A program made the translations under genes and the position numbers. A model generated the notes under the pieces. That model did no database searches and was not told where the DNA came from. It worked only from the letters and a program-made list of their open reading frames with translations. A stretch of 55,202 nt of DNA, from the NCBI GenBank assembly GCA_051892935.1, contig JBJFGS010000014.1, positions 25,982 to 81,183 on the forward strand. The letters run 5' to 3'. The stretch comes from Candidatus Coprovivens sp. Lineage in GTDB: Bacteria; Bacillota_I; Bacilli_A; RF39; UBA660. Numbering within the stretch: the first letter of the stretch is position 1; each line of letters opens with the position of its first letter. Positions 8,480-17,800 of the stretch are shown in pieces.

Positions 8480-10708
8480 TTACATATTTACAAATAATTG
8501 ATTTATTAATGACTGATCAGAAGCTTCATTATTTTGTGGATCACTAACTCCATTCATGTTACCTAAATTATCTGGAGATGTTTGAGCAGTGCTTCCATTA
8601 TTTGGAGTAAATCCAGTTTGAGATTGAGCCATTTTTCTAATTTCATCATAATATTCATCTTCAACTTTTTGTAAATTAACCTTAGCTTCAGAATAAGCAA
8701 CCTTAGCTTTTTCAGCAGCTTCAACTTCTTCATTTGCTTTAGTAACAGCTGTGTTATAAGACTCAACAGCTTCATTATATTTTTTAATTTGATCTTCTGT
8801 CCATTTAGATGTATCGGTTCCAGATACACTTTCAATAGATGATTTCAATGTATCTAAATCACTCTTAGCTTTAGTAGCATCCTCTATATATTTATTGGCA
8901 TTTTCAACAGCAGTTGAATAAGCAGTTCTAGTACTTTGAACTTCTGCTTTAGCAGCAGTTACAGCCTCACTAGTATATGGTGAAGTCAATTCAATTTGAG
9001 CATCACCATCAAATAAGTCTGTGTAATCAGGAGCATCATCATAAGAAGTATCAAACGTATCTGAAATACCATATTCCTTAGCAAAATCTTGAGCAATTTG
9101 CGTAAGTTCTTGATTTTGAGATCCTAACATAAACGCTGCAAGTCCAACATCTTTATTAGTAGCAGCAGCAAGAGCTTCCTCTGGACTATATCCCATTTCA
9201 ACAAATTTGTTAACTAAGTCATCTTTATTTTCTTGATTAAATAATCTTTCAAACTCTTCCATATCAGCACGCCTACGTTCTGCTAAATCCTCAGGAAGAG
9301 AATATTTATCATAGAATTCATCTCTAGCAAGAGCATCAATATCTTCATCAGTAAACTCTAATTCAACTTTTTGTTCAGGTAATTTTTCTTCAACTATATC
9401 AACAATTTCTGGAGTTGATGGACTAGGTGAACTACCTGGATCACTTGGTGAACCACCAGGAGAACCACTAGGAGAACCGCTAGGAGTACCACTAGGAGAA
9501 CCACCAGGAGTAGTTGGTGTACTAGGCCAATCAGGTTTTTCTTCTGTAGGAGTAGTTTCTCCTTCTGGCGCAGTATCCTCTTCTGGAGTTGTTTCTTCCT
9601 CAGGAGTAGTTTCCTTTTCATTTTCGTGTTCTTCAGCAATTTCTTTAGCTTTTTCCTCAGCTTTCTCTTGTCTAGTATTCATATCTTCGGTATTTTTATC
9701 AGCATGAAGAGCCTCGGTTCCTCCCTCTTTATACATACCAAATCCAATACCTGCAGCAGTAGCAACACCACCAGCAATTATAGAATTAACGCCAAGAGTA
9801 TCAAAAATATCTTCATTAAAGCCATGATTTTTCATGAAATCATCTAATTCATCTTTATACTTTGAAACAATTTCATCAGCCGACAAAGTAATACCTGCTT
9901 CTTTAAGCAATCTATCAATATTACCATCAGAAGCAACAGAATAAAAACCTTTACCAAGTAATTGATAAACACCATTACCAAGACCAGCAATATAATTACT
10001 TTTTAATTTAGCTCTTTCATCTGGATCAGTAATCCCCATTTGATCAAGCATATATTCATCTGCAATAGTACCAGCTAAAGCAGTACCAGTATAAGAGAAG
10101 AATGCATTAACCATTTCAGCAATAGTAAACTTATTACCATCACCATCAATATAATAAACAACATCAATAGAAGTTCCATCTTCCAAAGTAATAGCTTGAA
10201 CATCAATATTAGCACCAAGCTCACCAGATATAGCTTCAATTACAGCTTGAAGAGATATTTCAGCAGCAGATCCTTCAAAAGTATTAACAGCATTCTCTAA
10301 AGCAGTCAATAAAGTTTGAACAGAATTTAGTCTAGTATTTGCTTCACCAGTTACTTTATTGCAATCACTAACAGCAGAATCAGCATACCCTCTATATGCA
10401 GCTCTATCAGCGGTAATTGCAATCTCATTAGCTGTAACAGCTTCAGAATGTGAACTATAAGTACCACTAGCCCATTTAGCTGTAGAATAATCATAAACAT
10501 ATGAAACAGTTCCATCACTATTATCTACTCTTTTATCGTGATCCGTAACATCATTTTTGTAAGTTTCTACCCAGTTTTCAGATATACTATAAGCAGAATT
10601 TTTAAAATTAGTAACACAATTATCAGAGCTAGTAACCATAGGAAGTGCAGAAGATATTTTTCCTAAACAAACACCTTTTTTACCAATATTATATTTAACA
10701 AATCCCAT
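8480..10708 (-). CDS. Large putative T7SS substrate, cassette 1 (helical N-terminus, Gly/Ala hydrophobic segment, P/S/G/E linker, coiled-coil C-terminus)
   Basis: 742 aa, no signal peptide; N-terminus VKYN parallels VKFD/LKFD of the 803 and 706 aa proteins; same cassette position. Confidence 0.6.
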   Translation of the reverse strand: MGFVKYNIGKKGVCLGKISSALPMVTSSDNCVTNFKNSAYSISENWVETYKNDVTDHDKRVDNSDGTVSYVYDYSTAKWASGTYSSHSEAVTANEIAITADRAAYRGYADSAVSDCNKVTGEANTRLNSVQTLLTALENAVNTFEGSAAEISLQAVIEAISGELGANIDVQAITLEDGTSIDVVYYIDGDGNKFTIAEMVNAFFSYTGTALAGTIADEYMLDQMGITDPDERAKLKSNYIAGLGNGVYQLLGKGFYSVASDGNIDRLLKEAGITLSADEIVSKYKDELDDFMKNHGFNEDIFDTLGVNSIIAGGVATAAGIGFGMYKEGGTEALHADKNTEDMNTRQEKAEEKAKEIAEEHENEKETTPEEETTPEEDTAPEGETTPTEEKPDWPSTPTTPGGSPSGTPSGSPSGSPGGSPSDPGSSPSPSTPEIVDIVEEKLPEQKVELEFTDEDIDALARDEFYDKYSLPEDLAERRRADMEEFERLFNQENKDDLVNKFVEMGYSPEEALAAATNKDVGLAAFMLGSQNQELTQIAQDFAKEYGISDTFDTSYDDAPDYTDLFDGDAQIELTSPYTSEAVTAAKAEVQSTRTAYSTAVENANKYIEDATKAKSDLDTLKSSIESVSGTDTSKWTEDQIKKYNEAVESYNTAVTKANEEVEAAEKAKVAYSEAKVNLQKVEDEYYDEIRKMAQSQTGFTPNNGSTAQTSPDNLGNMNGVSDPQNNEASDQSLINQLFVNM

Positions 10709-10720
10709 TAATCACACCTC

Positions 10721-10954
10721 CTATCCACCATATTTCGAAGCAATAGCTTCCATCGGAGCACCATACTTACTAGGAAGGGTAGTTTTTGCTCCCTCTATTT
10801 CATCAATTACTGTTTGCAAATATTCTTGAACTTTTGACCACTGATCATTGGTTTGAGCTAAAACTTCATTATTACAACTACTTTTAACTGTTTCAATAGC
10901 CTCAGATAATCTTCTTAAATTTTCAGTTGTATCATTAAGTGTACCATAATCCAT
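10721..10954 (-). CDS. Small helical-hairpin protein (putative T7SS partner), cassette 1
   Basis: 77 aa with GGAG RBS; two amphipathic helices; directly precedes the large substrate. Confidence 0.6.
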   Translation of the reverse strand: MDYGTLNDTTENLRRLSEAIETVKSSCNNEVLAQTNDQWSKVQEYLQTVIDEIEGAKTTLPSKYGAPMEAIASKYGG

Positions 10955-10968
10955 TTATATCATCACTC

Positions 10969-13353
10969 CTAATCTTTCCATTCTGTACGTTGATCAAGTA
11001 ACTGATCATATGATATAAATCCACCAAAATAGGTATCAGAAGTATCATAAGAACCATTACTATTTACAACATAATATCCATTTGCATCAGAATCATAAAC
11101 CAAATATTTTCCACTATCTCCACCAGAAATAGTATTATCATAAGTATCCCAAGGTTTATCATAAGTAATTTCTTGACCAGGAGCTAAATATATAACATCA
11201 GGTTTTTCAGCAGTTCCTGAATACAATGCACCTCTATCTATTGAATCTAGTGTCGCTCTATTACTATTTAAATAGTTCGTATCATAAGTAACATACGAGG
11301 TGCCAACATTATTTTTATTTACATTATCAGTAAAAGAAGTATTTATTTCTGTTCCCACAGAAGTATAAGGAGATGTACCATTATTAAAAGTTTCATTCCA
11401 TTGAACATCCAAATTTTGTCTATAACTATTAACGAAATCAGTTCTAGAAACAATATCACCATTAGAGTAATTAGTATATGGAACCAAATTACCATTTTCA
11501 TCTAAAACATGAACTTGAGCATTTGGGTCAGTGGATAAAGTATAATATCTTTTTCCATCATGTCCCATCAAGAAATAGGCATTTTTTCCATTGATATTAA
11601 CTGCTTGTCCTGAAGAAACTGTAACTCTTTCAGCAGTTGTTTCTGCAGTTGGAGCACTAGTTGGAGCCTCAGTTGGAGCTTCAGTTGGAGCCTCAGTTGG
11701 AGCTTCAGTTGGAGCTTCAGTTGGAGCTTCAGTTGGAGCTTCGGTTGGAGCTTCGGTTGGAGCTTCGGTTGGAGCTTCGGTTGGAGCTTCAGTAGGAGTT
11801 TCACCAGTAGTTCCACCATCTTGAGTACCTTCATCTTTCAACGAACCATCATCGTTAAATGTTCCAGGATTATCAATTGGCTTACCATCTTTGTCTTCAT
11901 ATTTTACATTGCCATCAGGTGTAACAGTAGCTTTATTACCATTTTTATCAGTACTTACAACTTCTGTCACAGCACCATTTGCATTACGTTTTGTTTCAAC
12001 AGAAGTAGTATTTCCCTCAGCATCCTCAGTAGTAACTTTATGAGTAGAGCCACTAGAATTAACCGTTGTTTCAGTAGTAGTTGAACCTGTTTTAGTACCA
12101 CTTTCATCGTAAGTAGAAGTAGTTGAAGTAGTTTTATCTCCGTTAACCTCAGTTACAGTTTCTTGACTACCAGTTACATTACCATCATTGTCAGTAGTAG
12201 TTACAGTAACCGTTGTTGTAGAACCAACAACATTTCCCTCAGCATCTGTAATATCCTCAACTTGACGAGTAGTAACTTCTGTTGCAGTAGTAACATTTCC
12301 AGCACCATCATCAGTAGTAATAGTTTTAACAATAGAATTATAACCAGTAACATTACCAGCTGCATCCACAACAGGTACACTATATTCATAAGATTCAGTA
12401 GTAGTTACACCATTTTCAACTGTAGTAACACTTTCAACCAATCCATTATCATTATACTTAGTTTCTTGAGAATAAGTAACAACGCCATTTTCTTTAGTTT
12501 CAACTTTAACAAGATTTCCATTGCTATCATAAGTATTTTCCGTTGAAGATTTAACATTACCAGCTGCATCTTTAACTACAGTAGAAACAAGTCTTCCATT
12601 TTCATCATAAGTATTATTAGTAATAGTAGTAACTCCACCTACAACAGATGTAATAGCAACAATACGTCCAAAATCATCAAACTCAGTAGTAGTTTTTTCA
12701 AGAACATTTTTACCCTCAGCATCATATTTTTCAACAACTAACTGACCATCATCAGTATAATATGATTTTTCAATACCAATTACATTGCCATTAGCATCCA
12801 ATGTTTTAACTATATAATTACCATCTACATCGAAATAAGAAATGGTCTTATTGCCCTTACCATCATCTCCTACAATAGCATTGTCATCATTAAGGTCCTC
12901 ACGTAGAGCATAACCTGTCGCATAATTAACACCATTAGCAGTAGCAGAAATAGTTAGTGCATTATCACTAATCTTTCTATTATTATAAATATCGCTAGCT
13001 ACATTGGTAAAATCAGAATTCTTGGCAGTTATTACTGCTATAGCAGCAGACCACTTTTCAAAATTAGCATTAAATTCATGAAAAGTAGATGCATTTTCTT
13101 TCCATAGGTTTATCAATAAATTACCATGTTCACCGAAAACACAATGTTCACAGCTAACATTAACATCAGAAATAACTCGATCATTTGCTTGTTTTAAAAT
13201 ATCGGCAAAATCATCAAAACTACCCTGTAATGTAGTTATATTAGCTTTAAGTCCCTCTAAATTAAAAACTCTCTCTTCATTAGCAGAATCGAATTCTCTC
13301 TTTTCATATTTTATATCACTATCACCAGTAGGTGTATCAGCAACGCTTGCCAT
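10969..13353 (-). CDS. WXG100-like 'B' domain fused to YD/RHS-like repeats, a (TEAP)n stalk and a C-terminal domain
   Basis: N-terminal FGEHGNLLINLW matches IGGKVGNLLFKEW of the 140 aa protein; YDENGRL, YDSNGNL and YNDNGL repeats; TEAP x11. Confidence 0.7.
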   Translation of the reverse strand: MASVADTPTGDSDIKYEKREFDSANEERVFNLEGLKANITTLQGSFDDFADILKQANDRVISDVNVSCEHCVFGEHGNLLINLWKENASTFHEFNANFEKWSAAIAVITAKNSDFTNVASDIYNNRKISDNALTISATANGVNYATGYALREDLNDDNAIVGDDGKGNKTISYFDVDGNYIVKTLDANGNVIGIEKSYYTDDGQLVVEKYDAEGKNVLEKTTTEFDDFGRIVAITSVVGGVTTITNNTYDENGRLVSTVVKDAAGNVKSSTENTYDSNGNLVKVETKENGVVTYSQETKYNDNGLVESVTTVENGVTTTESYEYSVPVVDAAGNVTGYNSIVKTITTDDGAGNVTTATEVTTRQVEDITDAEGNVVGSTTTVTVTTTDNDGNVTGSQETVTEVNGDKTTSTTSTYDESGTKTGSTTTETTVNSSGSTHKVTTEDAEGNTTSVETKRNANGAVTEVVSTDKNGNKATVTPDGNVKYEDKDGKPIDNPGTFNDDGSLKDEGTQDGGTTGETPTEAPTEAPTEAPTEAPTEAPTEAPTEAPTEAPTEAPTEAPTEAPTSAPTAETTAERVTVSSGQAVNINGKNAYFLMGHDGKRYYTLSTDPNAQVHVLDENGNLVPYTNYSNGDIVSRTDFVNSYRQNLDVQWNETFNNGTSPYTSVGTEINTSFTDNVNKNNVGTSYVTYDTNYLNSNRATLDSIDRGALYSGTAEKPDVIYLAPGQEITYDKPWDTYDNTISGGDSGKYLVYDSDANGYYVVNSNGSYDTSDTYFGGFISYDQLLDQRTEWKD
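11651..11794. repeat. 12-bp coding tandem repeat encoding (TEAP)11 plus TSAP
   Basis: GGAGC(T/C)TC(A/G)GTT x11 plus one degenerate copy. Confidence 0.95.
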
Positions 13354-13365
13354 AAAAATACCTCC

Positions 13366-13674
13366 TTATCCTATTGCAGCGAAAGCAGCATTAACTTCAC
13401 TTTCAAGTGTTGAATAATAACTTCCGCCAGTTTGCCCTTCTAGAATTTCTGCATAAGCTTTTAATATTAAAACCAAAGTATCCAAAGAAGATTTAAATCC
13501 TAAACATTCATTCCAAAAAGTTGTATAACTTTCATCATACCAATTTTCCTTAATACCATTTATATTGCTGTATATTTCAGCAATTTTAGCTTCAACTTTA
13601 CTAGCATAACCTTTTAAATCCCCGGCTAAAGCCACTAGTTTTTCACTATCAGCAGCAAAATCATACATATTCAT
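13366..13674 (-). CDS. WXG100 family protein ('A' type, WxD variant)
   Basis: About 100 aa helix-turn-helix with NWYDESY at the WXG position; shares YDF..D..KL and LKAY with 22699-23004; true start may be ATG 13668. Confidence 0.8.
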   Translation of the reverse strand: MNMYDFAADSEKLVALAGDLKGYASKVEAKIAEIYSNINGIKENWYDESYTTFWNECLGFKSSLDTLVLILKAYAEILEGQTGGSYYSTLESEVNAAFAAIG

Positions 13675-13766
13675 CCCTCCTGTACTTCAAGTACATTATA
13701 AATAAAAGATTTCCATCTTTTACTTATAATATACTGCGTGTTAACGCAGTACATAAATTTAAGAAA

Positions 13767-14078
13767 TTAACCTCTTTGAGAGTAAATTCCTTGAGTAGTT
13801 GACTCAGCAGCTGTACTTCTTTTAGCGATAGTTTCAGCTCTGTTCATAAATGAATTAACATTTGTTTTTAAATTTTGATATGCTGTTTCATTTTCTGCTT
13901 CGAATGTTTGTAAAGCAAGTGCACCAAGTGAACCAGCCATTGCAGATCCAGCTCCACTTAATTGACCTGTTACTCTTTCACGTTCAGAATTAAATGCAGA
14001 ACATGATTCTTCGATTGATTGAGCAGCTTTTTTTAAAGCAGCAGTAGCAGCTTCGGCGTTAAAGTTTTCTGTTGCCAT
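13767..14078 (-). CDS. WXG100-like protein ('B' type)
   Basis: 103 aa helical hairpin with central AMAGSLG; FN start motif shared with other B proteins. Confidence 0.7.
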   Translation of the reverse strand: MATENFNAEAATAALKKAAQSIEESCSAFNSERERVTGQLSGAGSAMAGSLGALALQTFEAENETAYQNLKTNVNSFMNRAETIAKRSTAAESTTQGIYSQRG

Positions 14079-14125
14079 ATAATCAGTCCTTTCTGTATTG
14101 TATTTTTATTAATTAATATCATTAA

Positions 14126-14434
14126 TTACATTGTTGCTGTTTTAACGTTATCAGCACTATTTGAAGCCATTTCATCTTCTACCATTTGATTTTGGTTAAT
14201 AAAATGGTCAGCAGTAGCTAGATATTCTTCAGCAGGTTTAACAACTTCATTTTCGAATGTTACAAGTAATGCTTCAGCAGTAGTACCACTCATACCTGTA
14301 GCCAACAATTCATCTCTTAATGTTGCTTTAGTATTTTCAAAAGATTCAGATTGTTTATTTCTTGAAGTTTGTAAATCACTAATAGCTGTTTGGAATTCAC
14401 TTTGTTTATATCTAAAGTTGTCCATATTTGACAT
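14126..14434 (-). CDS. WXG100-like protein (MSG at the WXG position)
   Basis: 102 aa helical hairpin with central GMSGTTAEA; immediately downstream of esaB. Confidence 0.7.
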   Translation of the reverse strand: MSNMDNFRYKQSEFQTAISDLQTSRNKQSESFENTKATLRDELLATGMSGTTAEALLVTFENEVVKPAEEYLATADHFINQNQMVEDEMASNSADNVKTATM

Positions 14435-14445
14435 AAATTCACCTC

Positions 14446-14703
14446 CTATAATAGTATTAGTTTTGTACCATTTAAAATGTTGTTTTCCAAAAATGTATTA
14501 TCAACATTATAAACAGTACCATCTTCAGCATTTATTAATGATAAATGTTCACTCATGGCGTACGCACCATCTGTCATATCATTAATAGCTTTATTTAATA
14601 AGAATATAATTTCAATAGTCTTCTTATTAACAGGAATAAAAACATTGTATCTTTCTTCAATGCCAGGTACAATCAAATCTACACAGACTTTATTATGATT
14701 CAT
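14446..14703 (-). CDS. esaB: EsaB/YukD-like ubiquitin-fold T7SS protein
   Basis: 85 aa; YNVFIP...I..LL...TFLENNILNGTKLILL pattern; adjacent to essC. Confidence 0.75.
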   Translation of the reverse strand: MNHNKVCVDLIVPGIEERYNVFIPVNKKTIEIIFLLNKAINDMTDGAYAMSEHLSLINAEDGTVYNVDNTFLENNILNGTKLILL

Positions 14704-14804
14704 AATAAAACCTCCTATTAAATATCGTAGATTTAAGAATATATGATAGCCTTACCATTTCCGAACCAATTCCCCATTACTATTCACTACACTCTTATAT
14801 AACC

Positions 14805-14833
14805 ATAATACTCTAATTCAAAATCAAAGTCAA
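14805..14833 (-). promoter_or_regulatory. SigA-like promoter of the esaB-WXG100 operon
   Basis: TTGACT-N17-TATTAT just downstream of the essC terminator. Confidence 0.65.
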
Positions 14834-14842
14834 CGAAAGTTA

Positions 14843-14875
14843 AATAAAAAAGACAATAAAATCGTCTTTTTTATT
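14843..14875 (-). terminator. Intrinsic terminator after essC
   Basis: AAAAAAGAC..GTCTTTTTT hairpin. Confidence 0.7.
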
Positions 14876-17800
14876 AAAGCGTTTCATACACTTCCTCTTC
14901 ACCCAATTCAGAAATATATTTAACAAGAACTGTCGTATTTCCATCCACATAATATCCAAAATTCTTATCAAGTTTAGCACCTAATATTCTAGAAGATAAT
15001 GTAGATTTTAAGGTGTATTGAGTACTTATTCCGTTACCAATCCAAATACCTTTGGTACCAGAAATAGTATCTTTATACCAGCTATCAAATTCACGTTTCT
15101 TAAAGTTATCGCAAGTATCAATTAGTACAAAATGCATCTTAGGCATAGATTTAACCATTGAAACAAGCCCACTGTAAGCTCCATCAAATTCACTACCTAA
15201 AACATTTTTAAACTTTTCAAGTCCAACTATAAAACATACATACTCGCCTTGTTCTTTTAAAACTCCAGCATCAAAACCGGCATCTTTATACTTATTAAAT
15301 GAATCAAAAACAAACTTACCAAAAGATTTAAAAGATTCCAAAATATTAGTATCATGATAAGTAACATAAGATTCATAATCTTTATATATTTTCTCTAAAT
15401 CAAATACATAACAATTCTTTCCTATAATGTTTGAAACTTCTTTAATGAATAATCCACCAAATGTTTTTATGTCATTAAGTTCCATACCAGTAATAATATG
15501 TACAAGGTTCTTAGTAAAATCAAGAGTTCTTACTCTTAGAGATTCTTTTTCAATTCCAACAGGAACAGCTTCTAAACCTTTTATATTATCAGCTAAATCA
15601 GCAACAGTAACAACTTCTGGTAATACAGGAACTTTTGGAGCACTATTTGGAAACTTAGTAGTCAACTCTTTTATTTTTTCCATAACAACAGTATTTAAAG
15701 TTTCTTTTTCAGCTGGTACAGCTGCTTGGAATTCATAAACAGCATCAAGTTTTACCAAACCTCTACCACTTATATCAGCAGGCTCAAGTTTAGTTCTAGC
15801 AAGTAATGAACTATAATCATACTTATCATTCATTTGGAATACTAAATGATTAGGTAAATATTGAGCTAATCTAGATCTGATACCATTTGATGTAGTAGAA
15901 GTCATTACAAAGTAAACACCATATTTTTGACAATCACGTGTAATTGTCGCTAGTAAATCAAATGTAGCATCTCCATAGTTTTCATTATACAATTCAAAAC
16001 CATTTATAATTACTAATATATTTGGTAAAACCTTACCAGTAGCTTTTGAATAAGATATATAATCTCCACCATAGTCAGCAAACATTTTCTTTCTACCTGC
16101 AATCTTTTCAGATAACATTCTCCATAAATTAGTTACTTTATCAGAATCATTTTGTAAAATAACATCTCCAACTTGAGGAGCTTTTCTATATATTTTTAAT
16201 GTTTCTGCACCAAAATCCAATAGATACATATTTAACTCCATAGGAGTATATGTAGTAATACAAGAATATACTAATGAATTAATCATTTCTTCTTTACCAC
16301 TATCTGCCATACCATAAATAATCCAGTTACCACCTTGGGTAATAGGCAATGTAAGCAATCCTTGTTTTTGCAAGTTTGGTGCATCATATTCACCAATAAC
16401 AGGATTAATATCACAATCAATTTTTCTAAAACTATATTTTTCTTTCAAACCATCAATAAAAATAATTGGTGCCAAAGAATTAAGCCATAATTGTTTAATA
16501 GTAATACTTTCTTTTTTAGCTATTTCAACTAAATATTTCATTATATTAGGTAATTCTTCACCTTTTAAAACACCAGTAAAGTTTTGTTTTCCATCATCAA
16601 CTATCTTAAAAGGCATTCCTAAATTATCAACAAAGGTTATTGTATTATCAACTTTTTTCTTTCTAACATCCGATTCATAATATGGCGCACCTGTCCAAGC
16701 AGATTGACCTAATGCAAAGTATTCATCATAACCAACTTGTAAATAGAATCTACCTGTTTCTTTAATAGAAGCAGCATCTGGTCTTTTAATCATTTCTTGA
16801 CTATCCGAACGATCTTGTACCTTTAAACAAACTTTAAACTTAGAGTTTGCCCAAATTTGATCATTAACTACACCACTAGGCTTTTGTGTTGCTAAAATCA
16901 AGTGAACTCCTAAAGAACGACCAATACGTGAAGCAGAAATAAGCTCGTTCATAAAATCAGGTTGTTGTGCTTTTAATTCAGCAAACTCATCTGAAATAAT
17001 AAACAAATGAGCAACTGGTTTATCAACCTGACCACTTCTATATAGTCGTTGATATTTATATATATCAATAGTAGATTCACCAACTTTATCTCTAGCTTTA
17101 TTAAATACAGCTTGTCTTCTTTTTAACTCAGATTGCAAAGAAGCTAATGAACGATTAATTTCTGAAACATCTAAGTTCGTAATTGTACCTGCCAAATGAG
17201 GTAATTTTAAACCAGTTTCTCTGTTTTCAAAAGCACCAGCTAGCCCTCCACCTTTATAGTCAATTAAAACAAATTGAACTTCATAAGGATGATAATTTAA
17301 AGCTAAGCTTAAAATGAAAGTAATAATAAATTCTGATTTACCTGAACCAGTCATACCAGCAACTAAACCATGAGGTCCATGAGCCTTTTCATGTAAATCT
17401 AATTTAAACAAATCACCATACTCATTAATACCAATAGGTGCCGCAAGAGTATTAATTGGATCACTTTCTTTCCAACGTGCTAATGCATTTAATTGGTTAA
17501 CATTTGAAACATTATACATTTCCAAAAAAGAATATGTAGAAGGTAATTGAAACTTACCACCATTTAAAGCAATAGGAATATTAGATACAACATAAGCATA
17601 TTTTTCTAATGAACCATACATAAAATCAGGAACGAAATTAATTCTCTTACTATCAGTAAGCACTCTTTCAAATACTCCACCAGTTCTTTCATCAACACTA
17701 ATAAAATGTTCTACTTCATTTGGTAAAGAGTTTAATTTTTCAGTAAATATTAATAAACTAATACCAACATATTCTTCTGACTCAATCAATGAACGAATTA

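Noticed and set aside
11651-11794. Regular repeat as a possible CRISPR array
   Set aside because: 12-bp units with no spacers, in frame, encoding TEAP
14874-16400. Degenerate Walker motifs in EssC domains 2 and 3 as a sign of a pseudogene
   Set aside because: Degeneracy of distal ATPase domains is common in EssC/EccC; the frame is intact and domain 1 is canonical
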